Source: Blastocystis sp. Blastoise
Taxonomy: Eukaryota > Protista > Bigyra: Opalinata
DNA: 64,000 nt
NCBI GenBank assembly: GCA_039096225.1
Contig: JBBPEB010000019.1
Span: 186,001 to 250,000, forward strand
Direction of reading: 5' to 3'
The position numbers were made by a program, and so were the translations under genes. Below are positions 1 to 14,526 of the stretch, one piece after another. The number at the start of each line of letters is the position of its first letter. The first letter of the stretch is position 1. The notes under the pieces were generated by a model. That model was not told the DNA's origin and ran no database searches. It saw nothing but the letters and a program-made list of their open reading frames with translations.

Positions 1-1205
1 TTCCATCTTTTGTAAATTGAATCCTATGTCTTATATTATTTATAGTATATTGTATTCTATTATATTCATATTTATATATTTATATCTATTTATATATATT
101 CATACATTTCATTTGCCCCTAATTTCTACTGTTTTCAATTTTCTTTTCTTTTTTCTATTTACTGTTTATTATTATTTGATTTATATTTATATAATTCGAA
201 TAATTTTACTTTTGATTTTTTATTAAAAAGTTTTCTTCTCAGTTTTTTTTTGTTTTTGTTTTTGTTTTTGTTTTTGTTTTCTTTATGCAAGTATATATAT
301 ATATATGTGAATTATTTTAATAATTCATTTCATTCTTCTTCTTTTTTTACTTTCTTATTTCTTCTATGCTATATATAAATATTTATTTATTTTGTTGTTA
401 ATTATATTACCTTGTCCTGTTTTTCTCTATTGGTTTTTAAATTAATTCTTTTCTATTCCATAAATAATCATTTATAGATTTCTAAAAATATATACTTGCT
501 TTTTTTATTTTCGTATATATATATATATATATATATATTCCTTATTTAAACATTCATATATAGAGTATTTGTTGAATCATATTCTTATTCATTTAATTTC
601 TATATGTCTTCTATTGCTTTTCTATTTTATGTGATTCTTTTACTTATTCATTTTTCAAATAAATATATATAAAACTCTTTTCTTTCCTTTGTAGTATTTC
701 TCAATTATTTTAAATTTATTGTAACTATATAAAACTTTGATGAAAACATCTATTTTTTGATGATTTACATTGTTCTATAATTTAGTTTTATTTTTATTTT
801 ATTTATTTTGTTTTATTTATTTTCGATTTATTCTCCATCCTATTATTTTGCGAAATGTGTCTTTATGTTATTATTTTTTGTTTCGTTTATTTTTTCATTC
901 AATAATAGTTTTTACAGTTTAGAGTTCTGGAATTATTATAACTACTTGTGACCATAGTTTATACAATAATATATAAGAATAACGTTATTTATTTTTTAAA
1001 TTATTTCCGTTAATAAATCTATATATCCAACAAAACAAAAATATAATACAATTTAGATTTAGATATATAGTAGAATATATCTATGAGTTTCTTATATTCA
1101 ATGGAAAATAAGATATGGCAAAGGCAAGATAATAATAGAGATTATAATATGAATATATGGAAAAAGAATCAATTTAAATAGAAATATAATAATAACTACT
1201 TGTTA

Positions 1206-2269
1206 TTATATTCTAGAATTATTATTTGATCTTGGCTTAGACTTTCCGACACGAATGACGACGACAATAATAACAGCAACAATAATAACAACAGCTATAA
1301 CGCCAAGAAGAATCCAAAGCCAAAGTAAATTAGTACCTTTAGATTATATTGTATAGATAATATTTAATATTTAATATAATATTTAATATAATATTCAATA
1401 TAATATTCAATATAATATATAATATAATATATAATATATAATATAATATAATATATAATATATATGAATACCAGTTGTTGAGGCGGGTGGACCTATAAGT
1501 ATATAGAATAATAATTATAAATATAAATAAACATATATACATGAATCATCAACATAAGTAATTTCATGGGGATAGGTTCCCATTTTCATATAATATTTAC
1601 CATTATCAACGTAAAATAAAGAGCCTGCATACATATCAATCATTCCAATAAACATAGAATAAGAAAGTATTAATTCTGATCCGTTTACAGTAATAGATTG
1701 ATCCATTGTTCTAAATGAAATATATGTATAGTATTATTATGATTTATAATATATATATATACGGAAGTGCAACTTTGTTTCCATCAGCTAAAGCAGGGTT
1801 AAAGACAATTTTACCTTTCTTACAATTATCATTACTTATCATAAAGACATTACTACTAATCACTTTATCAAAACTAAAGGAAAATCCACCTGTTATCGTT
1901 TTGACATCTTTAAGAGAATATCTATAGAAATATAATTCAAAATAACAACTCCAAACAATAATAGTATTTATATATATATGTACTCCATTTCTGCATAATA
2001 AGCGAGAGAAGAACTGGTATGTTCAGTGCTTCCATACTCATTCCAGTGCATATACATTTTTGTTGGAAAATCATTGTTATAATTACAAAAGTAATAAAAA
2101 TTAACGGCTAAGATCAATAATCAATAACTATTTAGAATAATATACATTGATCAGATGAGAATTTTTTGCAACCTAGTTATAACATAGAATAGATTTTTTA
2201 ATGTCAATTATAAAAAATACTATCTCCAAGAACAACTGCACATAAAGCTAATAAGAAAACGAATCTCAT
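1206..2269 (-). CDS. Small type-I membrane/surface protein, multi-exon (signal peptide, ectodomain, single TM); paralog of 3417..4624
   Basis: Manual splicing gives MRFVFLLALCAVVLGD...VFNPALADGNKVALP...TMDQSITVNG...GTNLLWLWILLGVIAVVIIVAVIIVVVIRVGKSKPRSNNNSRI*. All introns are GT-AG and in frame. Confidence 0.8.
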
Positions 2270-2354
2270 GTTTATAAATTAACTAACAATAAAACTAATT
2301 TCAAATCTTAAAAGAGAAATAAATAAAAAAATGTCAAATTCTTATTATTTATTT

Positions 2355-2400
2355 TGATCCCTCAAGTATACGTTTCTCCATTCTAGTTTTACTAAAATTT
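2355..2400 (-). promoter_or_regulatory. Upstream block conserved with the paralog promoter (4701..4748)
   Basis: CCCTCA..TATACGTTT...CTAGTTT..ACTAAAA lies about 85-130 nt upstream of the ATG in both paralogs. Confidence 0.5.
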
Positions 2401-3416
2401 AAATCTTTTATTTAGTAGTTTCCATAGTAATCCACTGTATGGATGCTGCATCTATTGCTGAACTACAATGAAGATATTTGAATACTCCGTTTTGTATTGG
2501 TTGCGAGTGTCTAGTTTCTTCGATGACACATTTCTAGACTCGTAGAGTGTCATTTATTGACTCTCTACTGACGAGTATCAACGTATTCTTTAGATGTAAA
2601 AATTTTTTAATTGAGTTTCAAATCGATATCTTGTGAATTCATTTTATTTCATTTTGAGTTTTTGTTTTTATTTCTTTTTGAGGATAATTTATATAATAAA
2701 TGACTATTGAATCTTTGCATATTGTGAGAATGAAATTCTGTCTATCAAGAATATCGACTTTGATAAAACTTATTTTTGAGTTTTTTTTTAATTTTATGTA
2801 TATCAATATAGAATCAGTGTTTCACAGTGTAAGATAAATAAAATTATTTGTTTTTACTGTAGTTACTTTATTTGATAATATATCAGCAGTACATGATTTA
2901 TATTTAGAAAACGAACAAAGTAATCCTAGAATAAGACATAAAAATGTCTGGAAAGTATTTAAGAATGTGTTTATTACAGATACTGAAGAAAATAAGTCAG
3001 ACATATATATGAAACATACTTTTTTTCATAAACTATATATTTGTTGAATATAGATAGAAATAGCTTTTAAGATTTATAGAAATATGACCTATTGTCATTT
3101 TGAAAAGTTATTAAATAAAATATTTATTTAAATGATGAATATAAAACTGTCAAGCATTTTTCTCTTATCACTTCATTTATGAATTATTTTTGTTGATTTG
3201 TAATGAACAATCAATCGTTTCTACTTTCCTATTATGAGTATAATAACAAAACTATAATAATTGATTAGATATCAGTAAAGACATAAGTAATACTAGGATA
3301 ATGACTTTCCTTGATATAATTTAAATATTTATAAAATAGCAATAGCAAGATAAATAAGATATATGATAAGTATAAATAGAGTATAATAAAACTAGAATAC
3401 AAAACGGGAACGATAA

Positions 3417-4624
3417 TTATATTTGATTAGTATTTAGTGTTTTCGTTTTTTTAGGTCTAATTACAATGATAACAACAATAAACAAAATAACTATCAGAAT
3501 AATAACTCCAATAGGTATCCAAATCCAAAGAGGTAATGAACCTAAAGAAAAAGAATAGTCATAATAAGCATTATTATAATAAATCATAGAATTGAATATA
3601 CTATTTGGGTCATCAAGTATTGGACCTAGATATATATGAAATAATTATATATTAATAATAATAATTATTATTATTATTAAACATTATAATAATAAAAAAC
3701 ATTATAATAAACATTATAATAATAATAAACAATATAATAAACATAATAATAAACAATATAATAAATATAATAAACAATATAATAAACAATATAATAAATA
3801 TAATAAATAATACTTACAGCTATTCGTGTTTTTTGTGAGGAGATAAACATTAGCACATATATATAAAGTTAAGCTAGCTGTATATATATATATATATATT
3901 ATATAAAGAATAATTCAATGCTAATTATTATATATACATGAAGAAAGTAGTTTGCTGTTTCCGCACATTGCTAATGTCTTCATCTTATTAGCATATCCTG
4001 CAAACAGATCGTCTTTACCCTTTATAATCTTTTGATTGTCTTTTCTATAATAATAAACATACATAAATAGTGTGATTACATATAGAATCAATATAGATAA
4101 TAAATATTATGATTCACTTACAACAAAGAGACCTTTTTGCCTTCTTCAAGTGGAGGGTTGAATACAGCCTGATAAGTGTCAGTGAACTGCTGGTTTATCA
4201 TAACAACATTGCCATAATAAATTGAAGTAATATTAAATAGAATTCCATTTCCAACTTGTGGTTTAGCACATTTAATAGTATAACTATAAGAAATCAATAT
4301 ATAACAATAGTCTTACGATATACCTAAAAAAGATATATATACACATATTCAACATAGTATGCTAGCTTGTCTTCTGTACCTACTAAAGCATAAATATTCT
4401 GTCTCATATATAAAATAGTAGGCAGATCATTCTCCTCATTCATAAAATAAAAAGAAGTATCTTCTAGATATATATGTATATATAGCACAATAATATCAGT
4501 ATACGGAAGCTGTTATAATATTCAGTGCAATCTATATACAAAGGAATGATCATCATTGACATAATTTTTATTTACATTGACCAAGAACAACACCAAATAA
4601 CAAAAGGATAATGACTGATTTCAT
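3417..4624 (-). CDS. Small type-I membrane/surface protein, multi-exon; tandem paralog of 1206..2269
   Basis: MKSVIILLLFGVVLGQ...VFNPPLEEGKKVSLL...SLPLWIWIPIGVIILIVILFIVVIIVIRPKKTKTLNTNQI*. Shares the VFNP motif, WxWI-TM segment and exon layout with gene 1. Confidence 0.75.
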
Positions 4625-4700
4625 ATTAGCTTTTATTCAAATAATAAAGAATAACAAAAATATATATTTTTATAAATTAAAAAATAATAATAGAATCTTA

Positions 4701-4748
4701 TGAAGCCCTCATCTATACGTTTTTTTAAACTAGTTTCTCTACTAAAAC
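4701..4748 (-). promoter_or_regulatory. Upstream block conserved with 2355..2400
   Basis: Same ordered motifs CCCTCA, TATACGTTT, CTAGTTT, ACTAAAA at a similar distance from the ATG. Confidence 0.5.
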
Positions 4749-6252
4749 TGCGATCTTTGATTTCTTTAGTATTTTAATTTCTTCAGTTTTTTCTCACATT
4801 GAATGGTTAGAATCATCAAATACCATTCATAAATCACTTTCTTGTTTATTATTACGAAAAGAAGATAACTTTTTATATAGTTTTTTAAACAACAATAACA
4901 ATTAGACTTTTGACATTTTAAGAAAAACAATTGGATAAAAACGAAAATTTAGCCAAACATATGTGCAAATTAGGCAAAAATGCCTAACAGGCAGGGTTTA
5001 CCATACTCTAACATAAAGTTTGAACTTTAAGAAAGTTTTTCTGAACAACTTGAGAGTCAAAAAATACGTATAAAAAGGATTGTTTTGGACTTTGTATTCC
5101 AAGAGAGTTTTTATGGTACACTCTTTAAGTAATAGACTCTGGTAAATCAACGAAATATAGTTGTGTTAATCATATATTTAATATGAATTCTTCGTAGCAG
5201 AGTTATCTAAGCAAGAAACATACTTTTATTTACATATCACTATATATGTAAATCAGATTGATTCAGGAATTTTTGTATTGTAAATTGAATATTAGTATAT
5301 AAATATGTCAACAATAGAGTGTAGAATTCAAAACTATTTTTATTTTCTTTTTTAAAATACGAAACAATATGTTTGAAGTTTGTATCATTTGTTTTTTTGT
5401 TTTAAAGCAATAAAAATTTTTTAAATTTTAATAAATTTTTTGAATAAAATTTTGATAAATGTGATTTTTAAATTTTATGTATATCATAATATGTCTAATC
5501 ATTCATATATAATAACAGCATAACAATTGAAGAGCTAGTGATAATTGATATTTTCGTAGTGTTTTATTTTACAAAAAAATCATTCATATATTAACACAAA
5601 ACTATATTGAGAATCTGCTAAAGATAATTTCAGATCATATTATCTTTAAAGGTTCTCACAATTATGTTGATTCTTGTTTTTATTTATTCGTTTATTACAT
5701 AGAATGTTCTCTCGTTGCCTAGTCTTTATTCTGAATGGAAAGTATTAGTATAAATTAATTCTTTTATCATTAATTCAAAATTGTCTAAGAAAAATATGAT
5801 TCTATATATTGTCTTTTATGATTCTCTGAAATATAACCATTATATCAACAAATCAGGAAAGAAATAACTAATGAAGAACAATTTTTCAAAAGAATTAATT
5901 ATATAATTCTTGTATTTGTCATGTAGAATAGCTTTATTTTCTCTATTCTATGTTATTAAGTTTCTACTTTTGTCATCAATAATCAATTTTGATTGAATAC
6001 ATATTTTTAAAGATAATTATAACTTTATCACTATTTCAAAAATCACTTTTTTTCGATAATATAATCCTTAAGTTCTCATAAATATATTATTTCTTAATTT
6101 AGTATCCATGTAATTATTTTATTAAAAGCATAGAACACTCTAGTAAATAAAAGTAAGTAAAACTAACAATTATATAATAAAAACGACTAAAAATTGAAAT
6201 GAATTCATAATATCAAAGAAAACTAATTATAGAAATAAATAGAATGTTCTTA

Positions 6253-6827
6253 TTATATAGTTATTATAGGAGTTTTTGAGGAACTACTTCTCTCACGAAG
6301 AAGATGATCTGGACTTTTAATTTTACGCAATTCTTCTCTATAGAATACAATAGATATTGATTATAAAAAAGAAGAAGAACATTAATAATAGATAATATAT
6401 ATATATATATATATACTTGGTTTGTTTATTGATTCGATAGCTTAGATAACAAACAATAATAAGAACTATCACAAGTATAATACTTGAAGATGCAAATACT
6501 AATGTAAGAATACTGACGCATTCATTGTCATCTTCAACTCCCCACGTGACATGATTATAGATATCTAAGTCACAAGGTCGATGTTTCTCACCAATAAACC
6601 CATCTCCACAAGGAATAGATCCCTGTGAATAAAGAGGAGTTATAGTGTACAGACCCTCAGCATAACAGTAACCGTTTGTAACAGTCATAAAAAGAGTGGT
6701 TGTAATAGATCCAGTAGGATTAGATCCAGTCACTGTATATAATTGTGTTCCATTCGTAGTAACTAATGGTATTCCAGAAATTGAACCTGTCTGTATATTC
6801 AAATGAAGACCTTCAGGAAGACCTATA

Positions 6828-6879
<52 letters not shown>

Positions 6880-8882
6880 ATAATTATATTTAAAAAAACT
6901 TAAAAATTATCACACACTATAATATGAATATAATTATCTAGTTAAGAATATATGCATATATTAAAATACATATAATTTTAATATAATAAAAAACTATGAA
7001 AATAAATAGCTTATTATTCAATAATATATATATATGTTAATATCAAGTATATGAATAGAACAATATACTAGGTTGAATGGAGAATTCTGTAATAATATGT
7101 TTGAAAGTGGGTGTGATTTCATGAACAATATCATATAATGCATATTGATATTGTTGTTGAGGATAATAGAGATCAAAAGGAAGTAAGAGAACACAGTTAT
7201 TAATTTCCTCTTGGAGTTCTAAGCCGTCACATTCCCTACTTTTATATCCTTGATAATCCTCATCACATAATGTATAACTATATTCCCATTCACCTACTGC
7301 TGGATATTTATTTTCTGGAGGACAAATTGAGTTCAAATACTGAGTATAAGCAAAGGAAAACTCAGAGAGATAAAGAGGAGACTCAGAAGTAGAGGTAAAA
7401 CGGATTTGAAGATAGGGGAAAGAAAGAATTCCTTTTGGAGTATCAATATATATAGATCCAACTTGAGATTGTATAAATGTATACTATAAATAGATTATAT
7501 TTATATATGAAGTAATAAACTAATATATATAATATTTATATATGAAATAATATAACTAACATATATAATATTTATATATGAAGTAATAAATTAATATATA
7601 TAATATTTATATATGAAGTAATAAATTAATATATATAATATTTATATATGAAATAATAAACTAATATATATATAATATTTATATATGAAATAATAAAATA
7701 ATATTTATAATATTTATATATAAAATAATATATGAATATATATATAAACATATTAATATACATTTTGAATGGAGATCCAATTGAAATCTTCTTGTTGTTT
7801 TCCATAGAGTTCTAATGATAGATTTTTCGTTTCATTATAGAATTGAATATAAATAGAGTTAAATAGAGAAGGAGTATTTGTTATATAATGAATATTCAAA
7901 CGAATAGAGTTGGATAGGAAAGTAGTATAAGTGAAATAATCATAATCAAATAGATTTTGTATAGGATAGAGTGGATTGATGTCTCCTTCAGTAGTAACAT
8001 TAAATGTATTTAAATATCGAGTTGAAGGATTATAATTCAACGTACAATCCAAATTAAAATATGTATCCAAGAAGAATGTAGAAGTATATAAAAGAATACC
8101 TACAATATTATTCTTCTGTTTTATCGCATTATTCTGTAAACGAACTGTAAAGAAATGCTCTTTTTCTTTATTCTGTTCACTTTCTGTACAATTGTAGGAA
8201 TACACCATTCGACTATTTATATATACATGAACAGACCCCATTGTCACGAAACGGAAGTCAACAGACGAACTCTGAGAAAAATCATTAATATCAAACTATA
8301 GATTATGATTATTATAGTATTATATTATTATAATGTCATTATATTTATTATAATTATATATGAAGAATTAAAAGAGTTGCAGACAAAATAAAATAAACAA
8401 ATAAACAATATATATATATATAATATTAGCATACATTTTGACGGAGATGTATATATTTATTTTGATTTCCCTTGATTATTCCTCCTTTTGTTTGTTTCCA
8501 TGTTTCTACAGAATAATGTTTATCTGTCCAGTTCTCTATAATACTATTTGCTTCTTGATATTTCCATATAGAATTGTATTTCTGGAATGGCATATATGTA
8601 TTAAATGAGAGAGTGAGTTCTTTATTGTTTGTATCTATACTACCACTATAGAGTATAGTCTTAGCATCATTATATAGAGAATAACCACTGGGACTATGAA
8701 GTACTTCCACGTCACTTACAGTAAAGAACAACGTGTAATAACCGTGGGGAAGACATGTAGGATAATAAGCAGTTAAATAATCATCAGAATCATCTATGGG
8801 TCTATATATATATATAAATAGAAAGAATAATATATATATATATATTTATATACAAATAGAAAGAATAATATATATAAGAATA

Positions 8883-8924
<42 letters not shown>

Positions 8925-11027
8925 TCATCATAGGGGTTTTTAATACTATAAGCTTCCCAAACATTTTGACCTGTAGTATCAATTCCATTCTTCATTCCAA
9001 ATCTTATATTTCTCTTCTTATTATTATAAAATAGTTTTAGAGTAACCATACTTTTCTCTCCAATACATTCTTCGAAAGACAATTGGATATTACTCGTATG
9101 ATCCATACCATCTGCAGATGTAGCCGTTACAGTGTAAACGGTTGTTAACGGCATGACTTCCATTCGACCATAGAACACACCATTTGAATTGTCAAACGTC
9201 ATTCCCGTAGGAATATCGGGAGTAATTCTCCAATTATGATAATACATAGAATTTGAAGGATATTGTTTTGATATATATTGTCCTACATAATAAGTAGTAG
9301 TAGAAGGAGTATAAGAGAAAGAAGGATAAGGACCTAATAAAGGAGAACTATATAATTCAATTTCATATATATAAACATATTCTGTAGATAAACTATGGAA
9401 ATTAACAAATCGATATTGATTATATATTCCCGTGGGAGAAGGGTTAATAAAGAAGACTCGTCGTTGAACTGTGTTATCCCATCGAACGTTCTTTCGAACA
9501 TCCAGCGTATTCCATGTATTCTCTTTATTACTGTCTCTCGCTTGTAATGTCCACGAAATAGGTCGAGAATCAGAAGCACGATTATAAGGAGAGAAGAGAG
9601 CATAATGAGTTATTTGAGAATATCTATTTATTGGGTTTATTAGTAGTTAACGTTTATTATTATTTTATATAATGTTTATTTTAATTATATTTAATGTTTT
9701 TAATATTTTATATGTGATATTATTATTATAGTTAATGTTTATTATTATTATATATGTGATATTATTATATTTAATGTTTATTATAATATATATATATATA
9801 TGATATTAATAAGAATACTTATATACTCATCATTAGTAGTATTGAGTTGAATAATAGTATTTGTTGATGAAGAGATCATTACAGAAGTATCATAATTCAT
9901 GTCTATTGCATTTATATAGAGAGGGTCTACTGAGGGAGACAAACATATACGTGTTTCCACTAGGGAAGAAGAGAAGTAAAATATATTTTATAGATTAAGT
10001 ATAATTATTATTATTTATAATACATACTATTTTCAAGATATTTCCAAATCATGTTAAATATATAGTGTTGTTGTATAAGAGAAGAAGAAGTAGAAATATC
10101 AGGGAATAAACCTATAGCAATAGTATTGCTACCTTTATGAAGACAAGACATAGGAAGAAGAATTCTATAATATATATATAATGTAGTATATATAAAGTAT
10201 ATATATAGTATACCTTCTGGGTTGAATCGATTCATAGGATTCTGTTACAGTAGTTATGTCACTAGGAGTAAGAGAAGAATAGAATGAAAATATAGAATTA
10301 CTAGTATCGTATATTTAATATTAATATAGATAATAATAAATATAATAAAATGATAACTTTATATATATAATGAGAAATGATATTAACAGCAACAACAAAT
10401 AAACAAAATAATATATATATACATATATATATACCTCTTCATATTATGTGTAAATACAAGTTGTTCATTAATATAAATAAGAAGGCCACTTTGATATTGT
10501 ATGTAGACTTCAAAGCTTCCTTTCGTAGTCAAATCTCTATCAATAGACACAGTATTTCGGAATAAATGAATTTCATTGGATATATCAATATTCAGTTGAG
10601 TTTTCGTCCAATGAGAATCATCATAGGAGTTTATGTACCAATTAGGATCTAGTTGACCAATTGAATGTTTCCATTCAGTATTATATTCCATTATATATTG
10701 GACTAGAGAATTATATACAGTTATAAACATTATATATACAAGAGAAATCAATAGTATTTAGTCCATATTGATTGAATCGTCCTTTATAAAGTAATATATA
10801 ATTGTCTATTGTTTCTAGGGGATCTGTATGTATAGTAGTATCCTTAGCCATATATAAAGAAATAGAAGAATTTGGAACCCATTTCAATTCTTCTTTATCT
10901 CTATATATAAAAGTGTATCTATATACATGTAAATCTATATAGATATATACTCATAATCATTAAGTTCTAATTGATACATGAGATCTGGGACACAATAATC
11001 ATAATATTGAGTTGACTGTAAAATATA

Positions 11028-11106
<79 letters not shown>

Positions 11107-11107
11107 A

Positions 11108-11163
<56 letters not shown>

Positions 11164-13672
11164 TATATACATTTGATCGTTGAGTTGTGTAGGGATACTG
11201 TGTAATAATATATTGATTTGTCGTTTTATCTTTAATTGAAAATGATTCTGCATATATATAATTACTCAAAGGGAATGATCGAACTATTTTAAGATGGGAT
11301 GCACAATCTATAGGATGAAATAAAACACTTATATATTAAATGATTAATAAAATACATGAATAGAACGATATTATATATATTACATATATTAATACGTATA
11401 ATAATATAATAAATATAATACTAATATACCTTGAATAACATCTATAGAGAGAGTAATAGCAATAGGAGAAGGAGTAGAAGCCGTCAGTGTATAATTTGTG
11501 ATGTCATGAATAGATAAGGGAATTCCTGTGATTCTTCCAGTTTTGGAGTTCAATAGAAGTCCTTCAGGAAGAGAGGGAGTGATAGAAATGTCTGAATAAC
11601 CGTGGAAAGATGGAGTAATAGGAAGTGTTTGAATATGTTTATAGGTATGATAATATGTTTGTGCATAGAGGAATGAAAGAGGTATTTGATTACATGTAGC
11701 TATATATATACCAGATAACATTGTATTTGATCGACCTGAATTAACTATAATATATACATATATAATAGATTATTATGATATATAAATAATGTTGTTATTA
11801 TAGAATAACAATATTAAACTACACATATATCATCATATTAAAAAAGAAAGTCGATATCTATACTTATAGATTTGAATTGTATTTGTCGGTAGGGAAGAAC
11901 ATTACTGTCGATAGGGAATGTACGATTCTTAAGAAGGATAGTATCTGTGTCTCTATAGTCTATCGTTGTCCAATCAGATGCATTTGTGTTTCTGCCAAGG
12001 AATGTGAATGTGAGTGGATTCGCATCAGGATATGTATTTGATATCATTGTATATTGATTTATAGTTATATAACTAGAGAGATGAAAATATAATAATAAGT
12101 AAATATACTAGATAAAAGGAATACAAGAAATATTTAAATGATAAGATAATATGTATAATAAAATATATTTTATATTAAATATTCAAAATATATATTATAT
12201 ATATAAATAATAATAATAAATATACTATTGATTAAGAAGATAGATAGAGACGCCGGTATTCGTGGTTGTGGAAGAATCCCATCCCAAGGAAGTATAGTCG
12301 AAGAGATGTTCTCCTGAAGTCGCCGATGGAAATCCTTCGAATGTATAAGTATCTAATGTATAAGCACATTCTATATATATATATATATAAAGAAAAAATA
12401 GGTAGAAGAATGGTTTTTAGATATAAAGAATTAATAAGAGTAAATACAGAAAAGTAGAATCAATATATAATTCATATGAAATGAATAATAGAATAATAAT
12501 CAAGAAATATATATAATATAAAATAAGTATAATAATGTTTTAATGTTAATTTATATATTTATTAATACTATTATCGTTATTTGTATAGAAGAGTGATAGA
12601 TAAAGATTAAGATAATGAGTAGAAAGGGTAGTAAGAGGAGTAACTTGAATAGATAGTATGTTAGATAGAGATAATGTATATCCACTGAGAATAATTCTAT
12701 ATTATTATAGAATAGAGAGTTACAATAATAAATATATAATAAGTATAATAATAATAATAAACTAATAAAGTAATAATATTAATAATAAACTAATAAAGTA
12801 ATAATAATATTAATAAAGTAATAAAGTAATAATAATATTAATAAACTAATAAAGTAATAATAATAATACTTGGCATATTCTTCTTCTTCTTCTACAAGAT
12901 CTATTCTATAAAAAATATAAATATATTTCCTTGAATAAACTTTATCAAATAGATTATATATATACATATCATTATTGAAGATTAATATATCATTCATATA
13001 AGCCATCACGTGTCCATTTGTACGAACAGCTAACGTATAAGCAGCAATATGTTCAATATCATTCATAGAAAATGTATAACGATATTGTTGTACAGAAGAA
13101 GAAGGATTGGATATTTCAGAACCACTAGTAATAGTATTCCATGTAGAATCATCATAAGCTTTTGTATACCAATCAGAAGAAAGATCTCCTTCTTTGTACT
13201 TACTTGAAATTGCTTTGTTTAGAGGATGAAATACTAGAATCAATTAAAAATAATTTTACTTTTAATGAGAAAGAAAATACGAGAAAAAGTATAGTGAGGA
13301 GTATCTGATAGACTACCAACTTCTTTAAATACCAAGGTATTGAATTCATCATAAATAGAAATTGATGTATATGTTGAAGATCTTCTATAGAATCAAATCG
13401 TTCAAAATGTACTTTTATTTCAAATAAGCAACATACGATGTATAATTTGCATAATAAATCATATCAACGGTAGAGTTCACTGATAGAGATCCTTGTCCAC
13501 TAACAGACTGATAACAATCAGCTTCAAGACCTATCTCTATTTGTCCATTTACAATTCCATAAATTGTCCAAAGACCACTATATCTACTTTGACAGAAATA
13601 TTTATAGGTTAAGAGAACAGTTGAAGCCTGAATTGACTGAAAACAGAAACCTATTACAAAATAGATAGTCAT
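6253..13672 (-). CDS. Large multi-exon type-I surface protein with putative Ig (He_PIG-like) repeats and galactose-binding/F5-8-like modules
   Basis: About 20 exons, most checked to join in frame. Repeated PSLPEGLxxN..TGxIxGIP motifs, W...YDDSxW modules, a Cys-rich CP.E..YP/G.K.R.C segment, a C-terminal TM (ILTLVFASSSIILVIVLIIVCYL) and a short tail ending KTPIITI*. The start codon is tentative. Confidence 0.75.
7498..7700. repeat. Intronic AT-rich minisatellite (about 35-bp unit)
   Basis: Tandem copies of ATATTTATATATGAARTAATAAAYTAATATATATA. Confidence 0.7.
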
Positions 13673-14309
13673 AAAAATAAGAAGGCATACAGGTCAATAT
13701 GAAAAATATAAATATGATTCTATTTAACATTTTAAACCTATTCTTTTGATAAAAAAATACTAGCACATTCTGTCTTCATTAATCTGCTGAATCCATCTTA
13801 TTCGCGTTGAATATTGATTATGTTAAAAGATATTCTTAAAATAAAATCGTATATTATTGGATATTCCCATTGTTTCTCTGATCTCACTGGCCAATAGTCT
13901 TTAATGAACCAATAAAAGAATCGGCTTTCTTATCATCATTTTTGCTTTTTTTGTTTTTTCATTAATATATCCATTTCACTTTATCTGAAGTGAAATTATA
14001 TGACTTCTGTATACATGAGTATTGATCTACAAAATTAATATATATTATTTTTGAAAATAGTCTCCATAATTTATTTTTATTTTGAGATTAAAATTGTATC
14101 GTAAATCTACAAACATGTAGACAAACAGAATAAGTGAATGAATCTTGCAAAATAAACATGTATTGTTTTTTCACATCTACTTCTTTTTCAAACTAACTTC
14201 TTTCATATTCACGCTCAACACTATTTCCTATATATATTATTTTCTATAAATAATATCAAAGTGTTTTCAATAAATTATGGAAAGAGAAAAAAGAGTTTGT
14301 ATTTTTATA

Positions 14310-14440
14310 AATAAATGATTGGATTTCGTGTTACGAACTCTCTTTTGAGTGGTTCATTTCTTTTCTAAAGCCAATAATAAAAGAAACCAATCAGATGTAT
14401 ATGAAAATGTTTCAAATTAAAACCATAATTATTGGAAACT
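14310..14440. promoter_or_regulatory. Cluster of CCAAT boxes upstream of the first MFS gene
   Basis: GATTGG, GCCAAT, ACCAATC and ATTGG within about 130 nt. Similar motifs occur upstream of other genes (e.g. 13890-13915, 61688-61731). Confidence 0.35.
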
Positions 14441-14526
14441 GCCGATTTCTACAGAATTAATGGTCTTAGAAAGTGTCCTTATTATAATCATTTATTTTTA
14501 AATACTACATATATTGATAATATAAA

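Noticed and set aside
1-1200. ORF 17..226 and a possible gene in the first kilobase
   Set aside because: T-rich low-complexity intergenic or UTR-like sequence with no coding signal.
4970-4987. TTAGGCA-AAAA-TGCCTAA hairpin
   Set aside because: A short isolated inverted repeat, expected by chance, with no supporting context.
7498-7700. CRISPR-like arrays in minisatellites (also 44640-44845, 58268-58432)
   Set aside because: Tandem units without unique spacers, inside eukaryotic introns, with no cas genes.
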